Positions 55,801 to 64,000 of a stretch of 64,000 nucleotides of DNA are shown one piece after another (the stretch's first letter is position 1; each line of letters starts with the position of its first letter). The notes beneath the pieces are model-generated. The model made no database searches, was not told where the DNA came from, and saw only the letters and a list, made by a program, of their open reading frames with translations. The stretch spans positions 372,001-436,000 of the forward strand of contig JANHCV010000001.1 in NCBI GenBank assembly GCA_025594325.1, in the 5' to 3' direction. The translations under genes and the position numbers were made by a program. The stretch is from Blastocladiella emersonii ATCC 22665. Lineage: Eukaryota; Fungi; Blastocladiomycota.

Positions 55801-58727
55801 GCCGTGTTCCCCTGGGCGAGCATCTCGGCGACGGACGCGAAGAGGCCGACGGGCCGCGCGGCCGCCCCATTCGCGGCCGCCACGGCGTCAGCGGGCGCAG
55901 GGACCTCGCGCATACCGGGATCCTCGACGAACGCGACGTTCCCGAGGAACGCGTTCCCGACCTGGGCGGCGGCGCGGAGGCCGGAGAGGAGCGCGCCGTG
56001 GACGGTGGCGGGGTACTCGCGGCACGTGTGTTCGCCGGCAAAGTAGACGGTCTGCCCGACGGGCGCGGCGAGCACGTCGTAGTCGTCGCCCTTGGCGCCG
56101 CGGGCGACGTACGAGTAGGATCCGCGCGAGAACTCGTCAAACGACCACCGCGTGACAATGGTCTCGAGCGGCGGCGGGACGGCCGCGTTCGGGTGGATGC
56201 GGCGCAGCGCGTCGAGGGCGTGCGCGACGATGACCTGGTCCGACTCGGACTCGAGGCGCACCGCGGCCTCGCCCGCGAGCATGGCGACGAGGACGGGGAG
56301 CTTCACGACGGGCGTCAGGTTCCAGAACAGGTAGTTCTGGCCGCGCGGGGCGCCGTAGTCGTCGGAGCCGGCGGCGGGCGCGTTGAGGTACCCGAACGAG
56401 TCGGCGTCGACGTTCCAGAACGCCTCGCGGAACACGAGCACCACCTTGTTGAGGGTGCCGTACCCGAGCCGCTGGATGCTGGTCGTCTTCTTGCGCGGGA
56501 GCGCCGGCGAGAACTCGATCGACCCGGCCTGCAGCACGCCGAGCGGGACCGTGACGACGACCGCGTCCGCGTCGAGCGGCGGCGACTCGCCGGTGCCCGC
56601 CGTGTGGACCTTGACGTAGTGCGGCGCGGGCGCGAGCTCGTCCTCCTCCTCACCCTCCCCCTCCCCCTCGCCCTCCTCCCCATCCCCGTCGCGCATCTGG
56701 CTCTTTAGCACGCGCGACCACTCGACGCGGCGCACCGCGGTATTGAGCCGCACGTCGAGCTTATCGTCGACGAGCCCGTACTCGTGCGCGCCGGGCGCGG
56801 TGCCCATGTACCCGGGCGTGCGGCACCCGTAGGCGAGCGCGTGCGCGACCTGGCCGTACCCGCCGACGATCATGCCGTGGTGCCCGAAAAACTCGTACTC
56901 GTCGTCCTGGTCCCAGTGGTCGAGCGACAGCTTGTCGAGGGTCGCCGCGTTGGCGAACTCGAGGTTCGCCACGTGCCAGTGGAAGATGCGCAGGTCCGCC
57001 GGCGTCAGGTCGCGGTACTTGGGGTGGTTGCGCAGCGCGCGGTCGAGCGCGGCACCGAGCGACGCGGGCCGGTCGGCGGGCGCGGGCGCGGGCGCGGGCG
57101 ACGCGGCGGACGTCGAGGAGCCGTTGCTGCGCTTCGAGCCGGCGGCAGCGGCGGCGGGCGCGCGGCGCGCCGTCTCGGGCCGCGGGTCGTATTCGCTGTC
57201 GGTGCTGACGTGCACGGCGCTCCCGAGGTCGGTGGCCGAGGACGCGACGGACGAGGGCAGCGAGGCGGGCGAGGTCGGGTCGTCGACGGCCATCGAGTCA
57301 CTGTTCCCGCCCGCGGCCGCCGCCGCGACAGCCGCGACGTTGCGCATGCGCGACGTCTCCTCGAGGACCTGGTTGAACACGTCCTCCATGACGACGTCGC
57401 GGGCCTCGTCGACGGGCTGGCCGTCCACATCGAACAGCGCCGTTGGGCGGGTCACGTCGTGGGTGGCGAGGTGGAGCTGGTGCTTGATGATGGTCTTGAT
57501 CGGGTTGCCGCCCTCCCACCCCGTGACGACCTTGGCGCCGAGATCGACGCCCGTGGTGTAGGTCGACGCGAAGGGGGACGCCGACGACCGCGCCTTGGTG
57601 TAGAGCGGGTGCGTGTAGACGCGGCCGCCGATGCGCCCGCGGCCCTCGACGAGCGTGATGCTGGGCGCCGGTGCGCCGGCGGCGGCGAAGATGTGGCGCA
57701 GGTGGCGCGCGCACGCGAGGCCGGCGACGCCGGCGCCGATGATGACGATGCGGCGCGGGCGGGTGCCCGGCCGCGCGACGGCCGAGCCCGACAGCGGGCG
57801 CGGGATGCCGGACGCGGAGACGAGCGTCGAGTCGACGGCGACGGGCCGCACGAGGCCAAAGTTGATGTGCCCGAGCCGTACGAGGAAGTGGTAGATGGCG
57901 GCGGCCATGTCGACGCGGTGCTCTTTCGCGGCGCGCAGGGCGTCGGCGAGGGCGAGCGCGCGCGTCGGGCGCACGTAGTAGGCGCGCAGGATGCGGTTGC
58001 GGGCGTCGAGGTACGCGGGCAGCGCCGCCGGGGTGTCGAAGAAGCGGCCGAACACGCGCTCCTCGGCGGGCGACATGGCCGTGATGGGCAGCCGCGCCGA
58101 GATGGCCGCCTGCACCAGCGAGTCCTCGGGGACCTGCGCCAGCAGCTCCTCGACGGGCTCCTCGGGCGCGAGCGGCAGGATCAGCGCGGCGCCCGGGCTC
58201 GGGACCTGCGGGACTTGCGGGCTCGCGCTGCCCGCGGGGAGGTGAAGGGCGGGGGACGCGCTGCGCGCGCCGCGCAGCGGGGCCATGGCGCCCGCGGGCG
58301 GCGACGGGCCGCGCGTGTTGAGCTTGTTGTAGCCCATGAGCAGCGCCTGCGCCGACGGCGTCAGGACCTCGCGCGAGATGGGCGGCGACGCGGTCGCGGC
58401 GGCCGACACCTTGGGCGTGCTGGGCGCCTCCTTGTTGGTGTTGGTCGGCTCGGCGGCAGCGACACTCGTGGCACGCGGCGGCTGGGTCGGCGGGACACCG
58501 TCGTCGTCGGCAGCGTCGCCGTCCACGTCCATGGCGTCGGCAGCGGCAGCGGGCTGTGGCTGGGGCGGGTCGGCGGTGGCGCCGGGGTCCGCGTTCTGCT
58601 GCTGCTGGTGGTCGGACCCCGAGCGGGCAAAGGCGAGGAGGACGTTGACGGAGCTCGACGAGCTGCCGGCCGAGGCGGGCGGGGCGTCGTCGCCGGCGGG
58701 CGCCGGGGTGCGCGGTCGAGGGCCCAT
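52863..58727 (-). CDS. LSD1: LSD1/KDM1-family FAD-dependent histone demethylase (SWIRM + amine oxidase + C2H2 finger + HMG-box-like + Pro-rich tail), about 1950 aa, intronless
   Basis: SWIRM YLDARNRIL...FLVRLGHINFG; FAD-binding IIGAGVAGLACA...EGRGRIGGRVYT; GYGTLNKVVLVF with the catalytic Lys; FSRGSYSY; FAGEHT...ATVHGALLSGLRAA. Confidence 0.93.
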   Translation of the reverse strand: MGPRPRTPAPAGDDAPPASAGSSSSSVNVLLAFARSGSDHQQQQNADPGATADPPQPQPAAAADAMDVDGDAADDDGVPPTQPPRATSVAAAEPTNTNKEAPSTPKVSAAATASPPISREVLTPSAQALLMGYNKLNTRGPSPPAGAMAPLRGARSASPALHLPAGSASPQVPQVPSPGAALILPLAPEEPVEELLAQVPEDSLVQAAISARLPITAMSPAEERVFGRFFDTPAALPAYLDARNRILRAYYVRPTRALALADALRAAKEHRVDMAAAIYHFLVRLGHINFGLVRPVAVDSTLVSASGIPRPLSGSAVARPGTRPRRIVIIGAGVAGLACARHLRHIFAAAGAPAPSITLVEGRGRIGGRVYTHPLYTKARSSASPFASTYTTGVDLGAKVVTGWEGGNPIKTIIKHQLHLATHDVTRPTALFDVDGQPVDEARDVVMEDVFNQVLEETSRMRNVAAVAAAAAGGNSDSMAVDDPTSPASLPSSVASSATDLGSAVHVSTDSEYDPRPETARRAPAAAAAGSKRSNGSSTSAASPAPAPAPADRPASLGAALDRALRNHPKYRDLTPADLRIFHWHVANLEFANAATLDKLSLDHWDQDDEYEFFGHHGMIVGGYGQVAHALAYGCRTPGYMGTAPGAHEYGLVDDKLDVRLNTAVRRVEWSRVLKSQMRDGDGEEGEGEGEGEEEDELAPAPHYVKVHTAGTGESPPLDADAVVVTVPLGVLQAGSIEFSPALPRKKTTSIQRLGYGTLNKVVLVFREAFWNVDADSFGYLNAPAAGSDDYGAPRGQNYLFWNLTPVVKLPVLVAMLAGEAAVRLESESDQVIVAHALDALRRIHPNAAVPPPLETIVTRWSFDEFSRGSYSYVARGAKGDDYDVLAAPVGQTVYFAGEHTCREYPATVHGALLSGLRAAAQVGNAFLGNVAFVEDPGMREVPAPADAVAAANGAAARPVGLFASVAEMLAQGNTAGATAAAASSATAKPATRAATAAAAAAAAAAPAPAAPANKAEKPAPAEKPAPTKSNRSGSRKPTAAAVRKAEAAAAAAAAAAAAAAAAPAAPAKEATPASVPQKRKRGPAAAAPVAAVTVGPHSADPAPAAAATPASSRPSSRPSSRPASRPASRAVSRADTPVDIPAMPEMPPPAAVRRAASPLSRVSTPDIFDNSSAGDETDDGGGGGDTAGSTPSVSAMLTPNLQLLAGEPPLTAPSSPMTLTTAATDGNGSANASSPGGKKSRPIRRRQRRAALRAELAGHTWYLAPGAGWPYGPGDEVLLPCTLLTCDVITATPAAFHLHLVSHIPEKDRNQYLTPNERGSLKALPDRLMPVPPKPTIKNPFLLFLKVHWDATKRVIKGDHHAVRTYLAKQWCDLDVNIKKGYLAEIERLRQYHSERSDLFNLQCIALGLTDYRTQREHSLPPDVDRLAALGGGPAGPEGEAAAAAAAGANDQMDVDSHASQQQHPPHHVSGYNGGRMTPPDMGSIVVMPPSGYQYPPLPLPLPPPPPPGYPYYMPGPPPDAYHHPHHPHHHAMGYPPPPPPPSHLPPPPPPPPHDMMAAHYDYHQHHYASHYPPPPPPPPGHYPPPPPGYPYGPSAYDMRPLPPMHGPPLAAQQQPRSPVGASAPVPGQQQQQASRSPQDTVSASSATPAPAGTSSTSPVPLPSRPSGGGAAGAVAPPSKSSLERVLRGDITAPAAPVPRGATKSPPPVIPPPVVPPPVVPPPVIPPPSARSPVSAAERRSSAVSPPPPMLPPQGASPVKRVSAGEGKVEDNPSPAKRARKQSQPAPAPTATVPRAGSNPVLPPPPPAAMGGLPSSYHMYQTAHRLSATFEAATAAAAASAATSSGAAAAPGVAGGAPSVTAAPVPDPGRAPVSKAHLDGQYRQHAAAGAAPVPGQVPLPPRPAVAPAARSSRSPQQRPHASSAAAPAFPMPSRGASASPTKGQQQGPQPGGS

Positions 58728-59487
58728 TCGGCTACATGCGGTCAAGTCATCGAGTCAGGGGGCGTCCGCGTTCGGCTTTTGGTGGGAGGAGAGCGTACCG
58801 GTCCAGAGTCTACGTTTTTTTCTCTCGGGCAATACAGGGTGCGGCGAAGCGCAGGCAGATGCGGATGGTCGGGTCGGGTCGGGTCGACGGTCGAGGTGGG
58901 GCTGGCTGTGCGACGGCGGACGTGAGGCTCATCAGCGTCAGTGCACTCACTCATCCAAGACGGATCACAGCGCGACGCACCAGCAGGTGTATTCACAAGA
59001 ACGGCAAACGTAGAAAAATCGATCAGGCAGTGGGATCAGACGCCGCGCGGACGGGCAGTGGCGGCGTCGGGCGGGGCGGGGTCGAGGGTTCGTCGGTGCC
59101 GGTTCGCGGGCGCGGGACGGTGCATGGGGGCCCGGCGAGGCTGGATACAGCGAGTGCACCAAGTCGGGTGCGGCGAGGAGCGGGCGGGGGCGGACGGGCG
59201 GGAGGGGGGCGACGGCGGGGGCGGGGGCGCGCCGACGGGCCGGCCGAACCGCCCGCAACGTGTCGTTGACATGCACGCGACCACACGTGCGTCATATCGC
59301 CGCGATATTCAACGCGTTTCCGGCTCGATCGCCGATGGTTCTTTGATCCTAATAGCGCGCGCTGATTGATCGAAATAGTCTGCTGAGGTCCCAAGGGTTG
59401 TAAATAGTCGAACGCGCTCCCCTCTCGGATCACGATCAGCGGTCGAAAGCTAGTGTACAGGTCTATTCCACCCCATCCCGCCTCAGA

Positions 59488-61647
59488 TCAGCCCAGGACG
59501 TGGCGCAGGAACGGTCCGTTCTCGGGCTCGCGGCCGAGGAAGCTGCGGAGCATCGACATGCCGTCGACGCTGGCGCCGGGCTCGAGCATGGCCTTGGCGA
59601 ACTTGGCCGCGACGTCCTTGTTGAGGCACCCGCCGTCGGCCTCAGCGAACTTGGTGAAACAGTCGTGCGCGAACACCTCGGACGACAGGTACGAGTTGTA
59701 GACGGCGTCGTATCCGGCGAGGTGGTACCACGCGGTCCACGGGTGGGTGCCGGGGACAAACTCGGTGCCGTGGATGCGGCGCTGGAGGTCGGCCCACTTG
59801 GGCGCGAGCTTGGCGGCCGTGTCCTCGCCGTCGACGACGAACCCGGGCAGGTGAATCGCGAGGTCGAACAGCGTCATGTACAGCTGGCGCGTGTACGCAA
59901 GCCCGGCGCCGAGCGTGCGCAGCGCGCCCAGCGTGCGGATCGTGGCCTCCGGGATCGCCTCGCCCGTGACCGGGTGCGGCTGCGCGATGCGGTGGATCAC
60001 GCGCGGGTCGTACAGCCAGTTCTCGAACATGATGCTGGGCAGCTCGAGGAAGTCGACCTCGACGCCGCCCGGGTACGGGTTCAGCGACCACGACCACGAG
60101 AACAGCGCCGTGCTCGACCGCGTCCGCAGCTGGTGCACCAGGTGGCCCGTCTCGTGGTACGCCGTCCGCGCCTCGGTGAACCGCAGGTAGCTCGGGTTGC
60201 CCGGCGTCGGCTTGGTCAGGTTCCCAATGTACCCGGCAATCGGCTTGGTCGCCGCGCCGCCCTCGCCGCCGTTGCTCGTCATGGGCATCAGTGGCGGCAC
60301 GCATTGGTGCGCGTACTTGCCCGCGCGCGGGTGGAGGTCGAGGTAGATGTGGCCCATGAGCTCGCCGCGCGCGCCGTTTTCGGGGGTGGACCGGTCGTAC
60401 ACGGCGAAGGCGCGCACGTCCTCGTGCCACTTGGGCATGTCGGGGGCCTCGACGATCACGATCGAGAAGAGGTCCGAGTACAGCGCGAACACGGCGTCCC
60501 ACACGTGCGTGAGCGGGAAGAACTGCGCCACGTAGTTGTCGTCGACGGCGTACTTGGTGCGCTTGAGCTTGCTGGTCGCAAAGGCGAAGTCCCACGGCGC
60601 GAGCGGGTCGGCCGTCTCCATGACGGCCTGCAGCTCGCGCATGTCGGCGTCGCGCTTGGGCTGCAGCTTGGCGGCGAGGTCGTCGAGGAAGGCGAGGGCC
60701 TCGGGCGACTTGGCCATGGCGCTGGCGAGCTTGAGGTGGGCGTGCGACTTGAACCCGGCGAGCTTGGCGGCGCGGTCGCGCAGCTCGAGCATCTCGGCGA
60801 GCACGCGCTCGTTCTGCGGGCACCGCGAGTTGTAGGCGAGGTAGCACCGCTTGCGCAGCGCCGCGCACTCGGTGCTCTGCATCACGGCGAGGTAGTCGGG
60901 CGTCTTGCAGGTGATCCACACGTTCCCGTCGCCCGCGTCCTCGAGCCCGGCGACGAACCGGTCGGGCAGGCCCGCGAGCTCGTCGGCGCGCCGCGCCGTG
61001 AACTTGGTCGTGTCCTCGTTGATGTTCTGCGTGTACGTCTGCTCGAGCGCCGCGATCCGCGACTTGAGCGCGAGGTACTCGGCGCGCTTCGCCTCGTCCG
61101 CGATCGCCATCCCGCTGAGCCGCAGCAGCGCCATGGTGCGCGCGTACAGGTTGCCGACGGGCTCGTCCTTGGGGACTTGGCCGGCAACGCCCTCGAGCGC
61201 AGCGAACACGCCGGCGTGCGCGTACGACGCGTCGAAGGCGTCCTTGAGCTCCGTCTTGGCCTGCGACGCCGCAGCGCGTACAGCGGAGTCCGCGTGCACC
61301 ATGGACGGGAACGTGCAGTACACCTGCTGCGCGGCGGCCCGGTTCTGCGCCGCGTGGAACGCGTCGAGCGTGTTGGCCAGCGTGCGCTCGCCCGCGGGCA
61401 CCGCGGCGACGGCATCGCACGCATCGCGCAGCAGCGTCGTGATCGCCGACGTCCGCGCGCGGATCTCGTCGGCCGTCGTCTCGAGCGTGAACGCCGCCGG
61501 CGTGTAGTCGGTCGGCGGGACGGTCATGGTGGCGGTGGCGGGGCGCAGGGTGGACAGCGGCCGGGCAGTGTAGTGGAGGCGAGGGAGGGCGCGGTTGGCG
61601 AGGCGGCCGGTGACAACGGGGACCAGGCGCGCTAGAGTTGATCGCAT
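59488..61647 (-). CDS. M3A metallo-oligopeptidase (thimet oligopeptidase/neurolysin/Prd1-like) with predicted mitochondrial presequence, 719 aa
   Basis: YLDLHPRAGKYAH, HETGH zinc motif, VEVDFLELPSIMFENW, YLSSEVFAHD and FLGREP. Confidence 0.95.
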   Translation of the reverse strand: MRSTLARLVPVVTGRLANRALPRLHYTARPLSTLRPATATMTVPPTDYTPAAFTLETTADEIRARTSAITTLLRDACDAVAAVPAGERTLANTLDAFHAAQNRAAAQQVYCTFPSMVHADSAVRAAASQAKTELKDAFDASYAHAGVFAALEGVAGQVPKDEPVGNLYARTMALLRLSGMAIADEAKRAEYLALKSRIAALEQTYTQNINEDTTKFTARRADELAGLPDRFVAGLEDAGDGNVWITCKTPDYLAVMQSTECAALRKRCYLAYNSRCPQNERVLAEMLELRDRAAKLAGFKSHAHLKLASAMAKSPEALAFLDDLAAKLQPKRDADMRELQAVMETADPLAPWDFAFATSKLKRTKYAVDDNYVAQFFPLTHVWDAVFALYSDLFSIVIVEAPDMPKWHEDVRAFAVYDRSTPENGARGELMGHIYLDLHPRAGKYAHQCVPPLMPMTSNGGEGGAATKPIAGYIGNLTKPTPGNPSYLRFTEARTAYHETGHLVHQLRTRSSTALFSWSWSLNPYPGGVEVDFLELPSIMFENWLYDPRVIHRIAQPHPVTGEAIPEATIRTLGALRTLGAGLAYTRQLYMTLFDLAIHLPGFVVDGEDTAAKLAPKWADLQRRIHGTEFVPGTHPWTAWYHLAGYDAVYNSYLSSEVFAHDCFTKFAEADGGCLNKDVAAKFAKAMLEPGASVDGMSMLRSFLGREPENGPFLRHVLG

Positions 61648-62260
61648 TCAGTTCGCTGAGCGGGAGAGAGAGGATGGGAGGGGAGGGAAGCGCTGGCGAG
61701 AGCGTTGTTGACGAACGCGGCGAACGGCGAACGGTGAACGCGACCGTTTGCACGGCTCAAGTCCCGGCTCGCTGATCAGCGGTCACGCGCCCGCGCGACG
61801 CGTCTCGCAGCGTGTCTCGCGGCAGCTCACCTCGCCCTCCTCGACTCGCTCGCAAATCGCACATTGATGTCGCTCGAGTATGACGCTGCCGGCAGTGTTC
61901 AACTGAAGTTGCACGGAGTGTTGGGCAAGTGTAATCATTCCCAGCTGACCGGCAGTCGGTCGTCTCGCGTCTCAAGAACGACGAGGCTAACCCATGACGC
62001 GAGACGTTTCGCTGACGGTTAACTTAGGGCGATGCGTCACGGGGCCGAACCATGAGCGGGATCAAGTGAGTGGCCGGAGTGCTGCGCCACAGACCCACCC
62101 GAGCCACACGCGCGTGCATCGCGGTGCTCTCGGGTCGGGTGTCGAGGCTACCAGTCCGACTTCCGTCGCCTGCTCGAGCACCCCATAAAAGCGACGGACC
62201 GCCCTCGACCCGACCCGATCTATCCTCTGCTCCCCTCATAGATTCAGTAGACGAAACGCC

Positions 62261-63226
62261 ATGATCCACGCCCCCGCCCTCCTCGCCATAATCGCGCTCG
62301 CGTCCCTCACCACGTCGGTGCACGCGTGGGGCAACGAGGGCCACGAGGCCGTCGGCACCATCGCCTACAAATTCCTGCAGCCCAAGACCAAGACCACCGT
62401 CGACCAGCTGCTCAAGATCGGCAACTACTCGTCCATCGAGCAGGCCGCCACCTGGCCCGACTGGTACCGAGGCACGGGCGGGCACCCCGAGACCACCGCG
62501 CACCACTTTATCAATGCGTACGTTGACTGTACTTCGGCTTCGGGCGAGCAATCGACTAACCACGAGCAATCGGACTATAGCCAGGACGAGCCGACGGCGC
62601 ACCCGCAAATGTGCGGCCTCGTGTACCCCAAGGACTGCACGTCGGCGTCGTGCGTGGTCGAGCAGATCGCCGTGTCGGCGGGCCACCTCGCAAAGTACCG
62701 CCGCCGCCCCGTGTACGGCCGCAAGAACGCGACCGCAGACCTCGAGGCCGGCATGGCGCTGTCGTTCCTGACCCACTACGTCGGCGACATTGCCCAGCCG
62801 CTGCACGCGTCGGGCTTCCTCAAGGGCGGCAACGGCGTCAACGTGACCTTCGCCGGCAAGACGGTCAACATGCACAAGGCGTGGGACAGCACCATCCTGC
62901 AGAAGACGATCGCAACCGAGTTTGCCGGCGACAAGGCGCAGTGGGTCGACAACCTGATCGCGTCGGCCGATCCCGACGGCGCGACGTACGTGCGGTGCGC
63001 CGAGAAGGTGGATGGGACCGATTTTGCGGCGGCCGAGGCGTGCGCCGTCAAGTGGGCGCAGGAGTCGGTCAAGCTTGTGTGCACGGCCGTGTTCCCAGAG
63101 GACTACTACAAGGAGAACATGGAGATCGCAAACGAGTACTTCGCGTTTGCCCGCCGCATCGTCGACAACCAGGTCCTGACGGCCGGGCTCCGGCTCGCGG
63201 CGGTGCTGAACACGATCTTTGCGTGA
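62261..63226 (+). CDS. secreted S1/P1 nuclease, exons 62261-62517 and 62581-63226
   Basis: Signal peptide ending AHA-WGNEGH, ATWPD, FLTHYVGDIAQPLH, GGN, NMHKAWDS and QVLTAGLRLA. In-frame intron 62518-62580 (GTACGT, CTAAC, ATAG). Confidence 0.96.
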   Translation: MIHAPALLAIIALASLTTSVHAWGNEGHEAVGTIAYKFLQPKTKTTVDQLLKIGNYSSIEQAATWPDWYRGTGGHPETTAHHFINAYVDCTSASGEQSTNHEQSDYSQDEPTAHPQMCGLVYPKDCTSASCVVEQIAVSAGHLAKYRRRPVYGRKNATADLEAGMALSFLTHYVGDIAQPLHASGFLKGGNGVNVTFAGKTVNMHKAWDSTILQKTIATEFAGDKAQWVDNLIASADPDGATYVRCAEKVDGTDFAAAEACAVKWAQESVKLVCTAVFPEDYYKENMEIANEYFAFARRIVDNQVLTAGLRLAAVLNTIFA

Positions 63227-64000
63227 TGGCGAGGTGTCGAAGTGGTTGTCCTGATGGAGTAAGGTTGGAGTTCAGTCAATGGAACAGCATAAATGACGTT
63301 GCGCAGCGCAGGGCGCGAGACCGGTGGGCGAGTGCAGTGGTTCGAGACGCGATGCGCCACACCCGCGAGGAACACAACGAAGCCGACTGAACGAGAGGAA
63401 CACGCTGCGAGCTGGGAGGGAACGCAGTGTCACATACCGAGGGGCACTTGACCGATGCGACGGGAGACTAGTACGGGAAACTATTTAGCAACTTTGCGGG
63501 CGTTGTGATCTGACAGCGGCGGACCGCGGGAGTCGACGCGGGCGTATATTGCCAGAGTCTGCAGTATAAACGTTGTCGGGCGTTGGTGGAGTGGCATCCA
63601 CCTTCGCCGGGCGCGTACGCGTATAATGCCAGGGATCACCCCCTCCTGAGCCCCGGATCAAATCGCGCCAGGCGACCGGCCCAGCTCAGATGAATAACAA
63701 GCCCGCAAGGGAAGGGGTCCTGGGCAGGTAACGTAACGCATGGCAGAACGGTCCAGAAAGAAAGGAGTGTATGAGAAAAAGAAAAAAACAAATTTAATAG
63801 TTTTTTTTTCTCGGAAAACAGGCGACCCACGCAGGCTCGAGCTTTTGCCGTTCGCGCGGCAACGACGCGCTTGACAGGCGCACGTGACCGACGCGTCTTG
63901 GACTGGCCTGTGGCGGCGGCCGTTCCCACACGGCGGTCCGCCATTTCCTCCCTCCCTCCCGCCGCCCCGTTGGTATATCGCCACCCGCATTGCACTAACT

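Noticed and set aside
1-64000. Hundreds of long overlapping Arg/Ala/Pro-rich ORFs (e.g. 7821..9209, 14380..15891, 53907..56708, 59500..61635)
   Set aside because: Shadow frames of GC3-rich genes; they lie antisense or off-frame to identified genes and have no motifs.

Overview
GC-rich eukaryotic genomic DNA, not prokaryotic. Genes carry short spliceosomal introns (mostly 60-70 nt) with GTACGY/GTATGY/GTGCGT donors, CTRAC/CTCAC branch points and YAG acceptors. The gene set looks fungal, and a sperm-tail PG-repeat protein suggests a flagellated early-diverging fungus such as Blastocladiomycota (inference only). Most of the six-frame ORF track is GC-rich shadow ORFs. Well-supported genes: subtilisin S8 protease, BTB/POZ protein, PI 4-kinase PIK1, LTV1, a cytochrome P450, PDI1, an STPG/ODF3-like protein, a probable pseudokinase, a kelch-type membrane protein, an LSD1/KDM1-like demethylase, an M3 oligopeptidase and an S1/P1 nuclease. 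The most unusual part is 24.8-42.9 kb, a cluster of five related genes. Four are long and encode SNF2 (Rad5/Rad16/DNMT5-tail-like) helicase folds whose ATPase motifs are all degenerate; the fifth is a shorter, more divergent copy. Most copies carry frameshifts, a premature stop or a broken splice donor, while the flanking housekeeping genes are intact. Two copies share a pair of upstream micro-ORFs. No rRNA, tRNA, CRISPR array or recognisable transposon was found.
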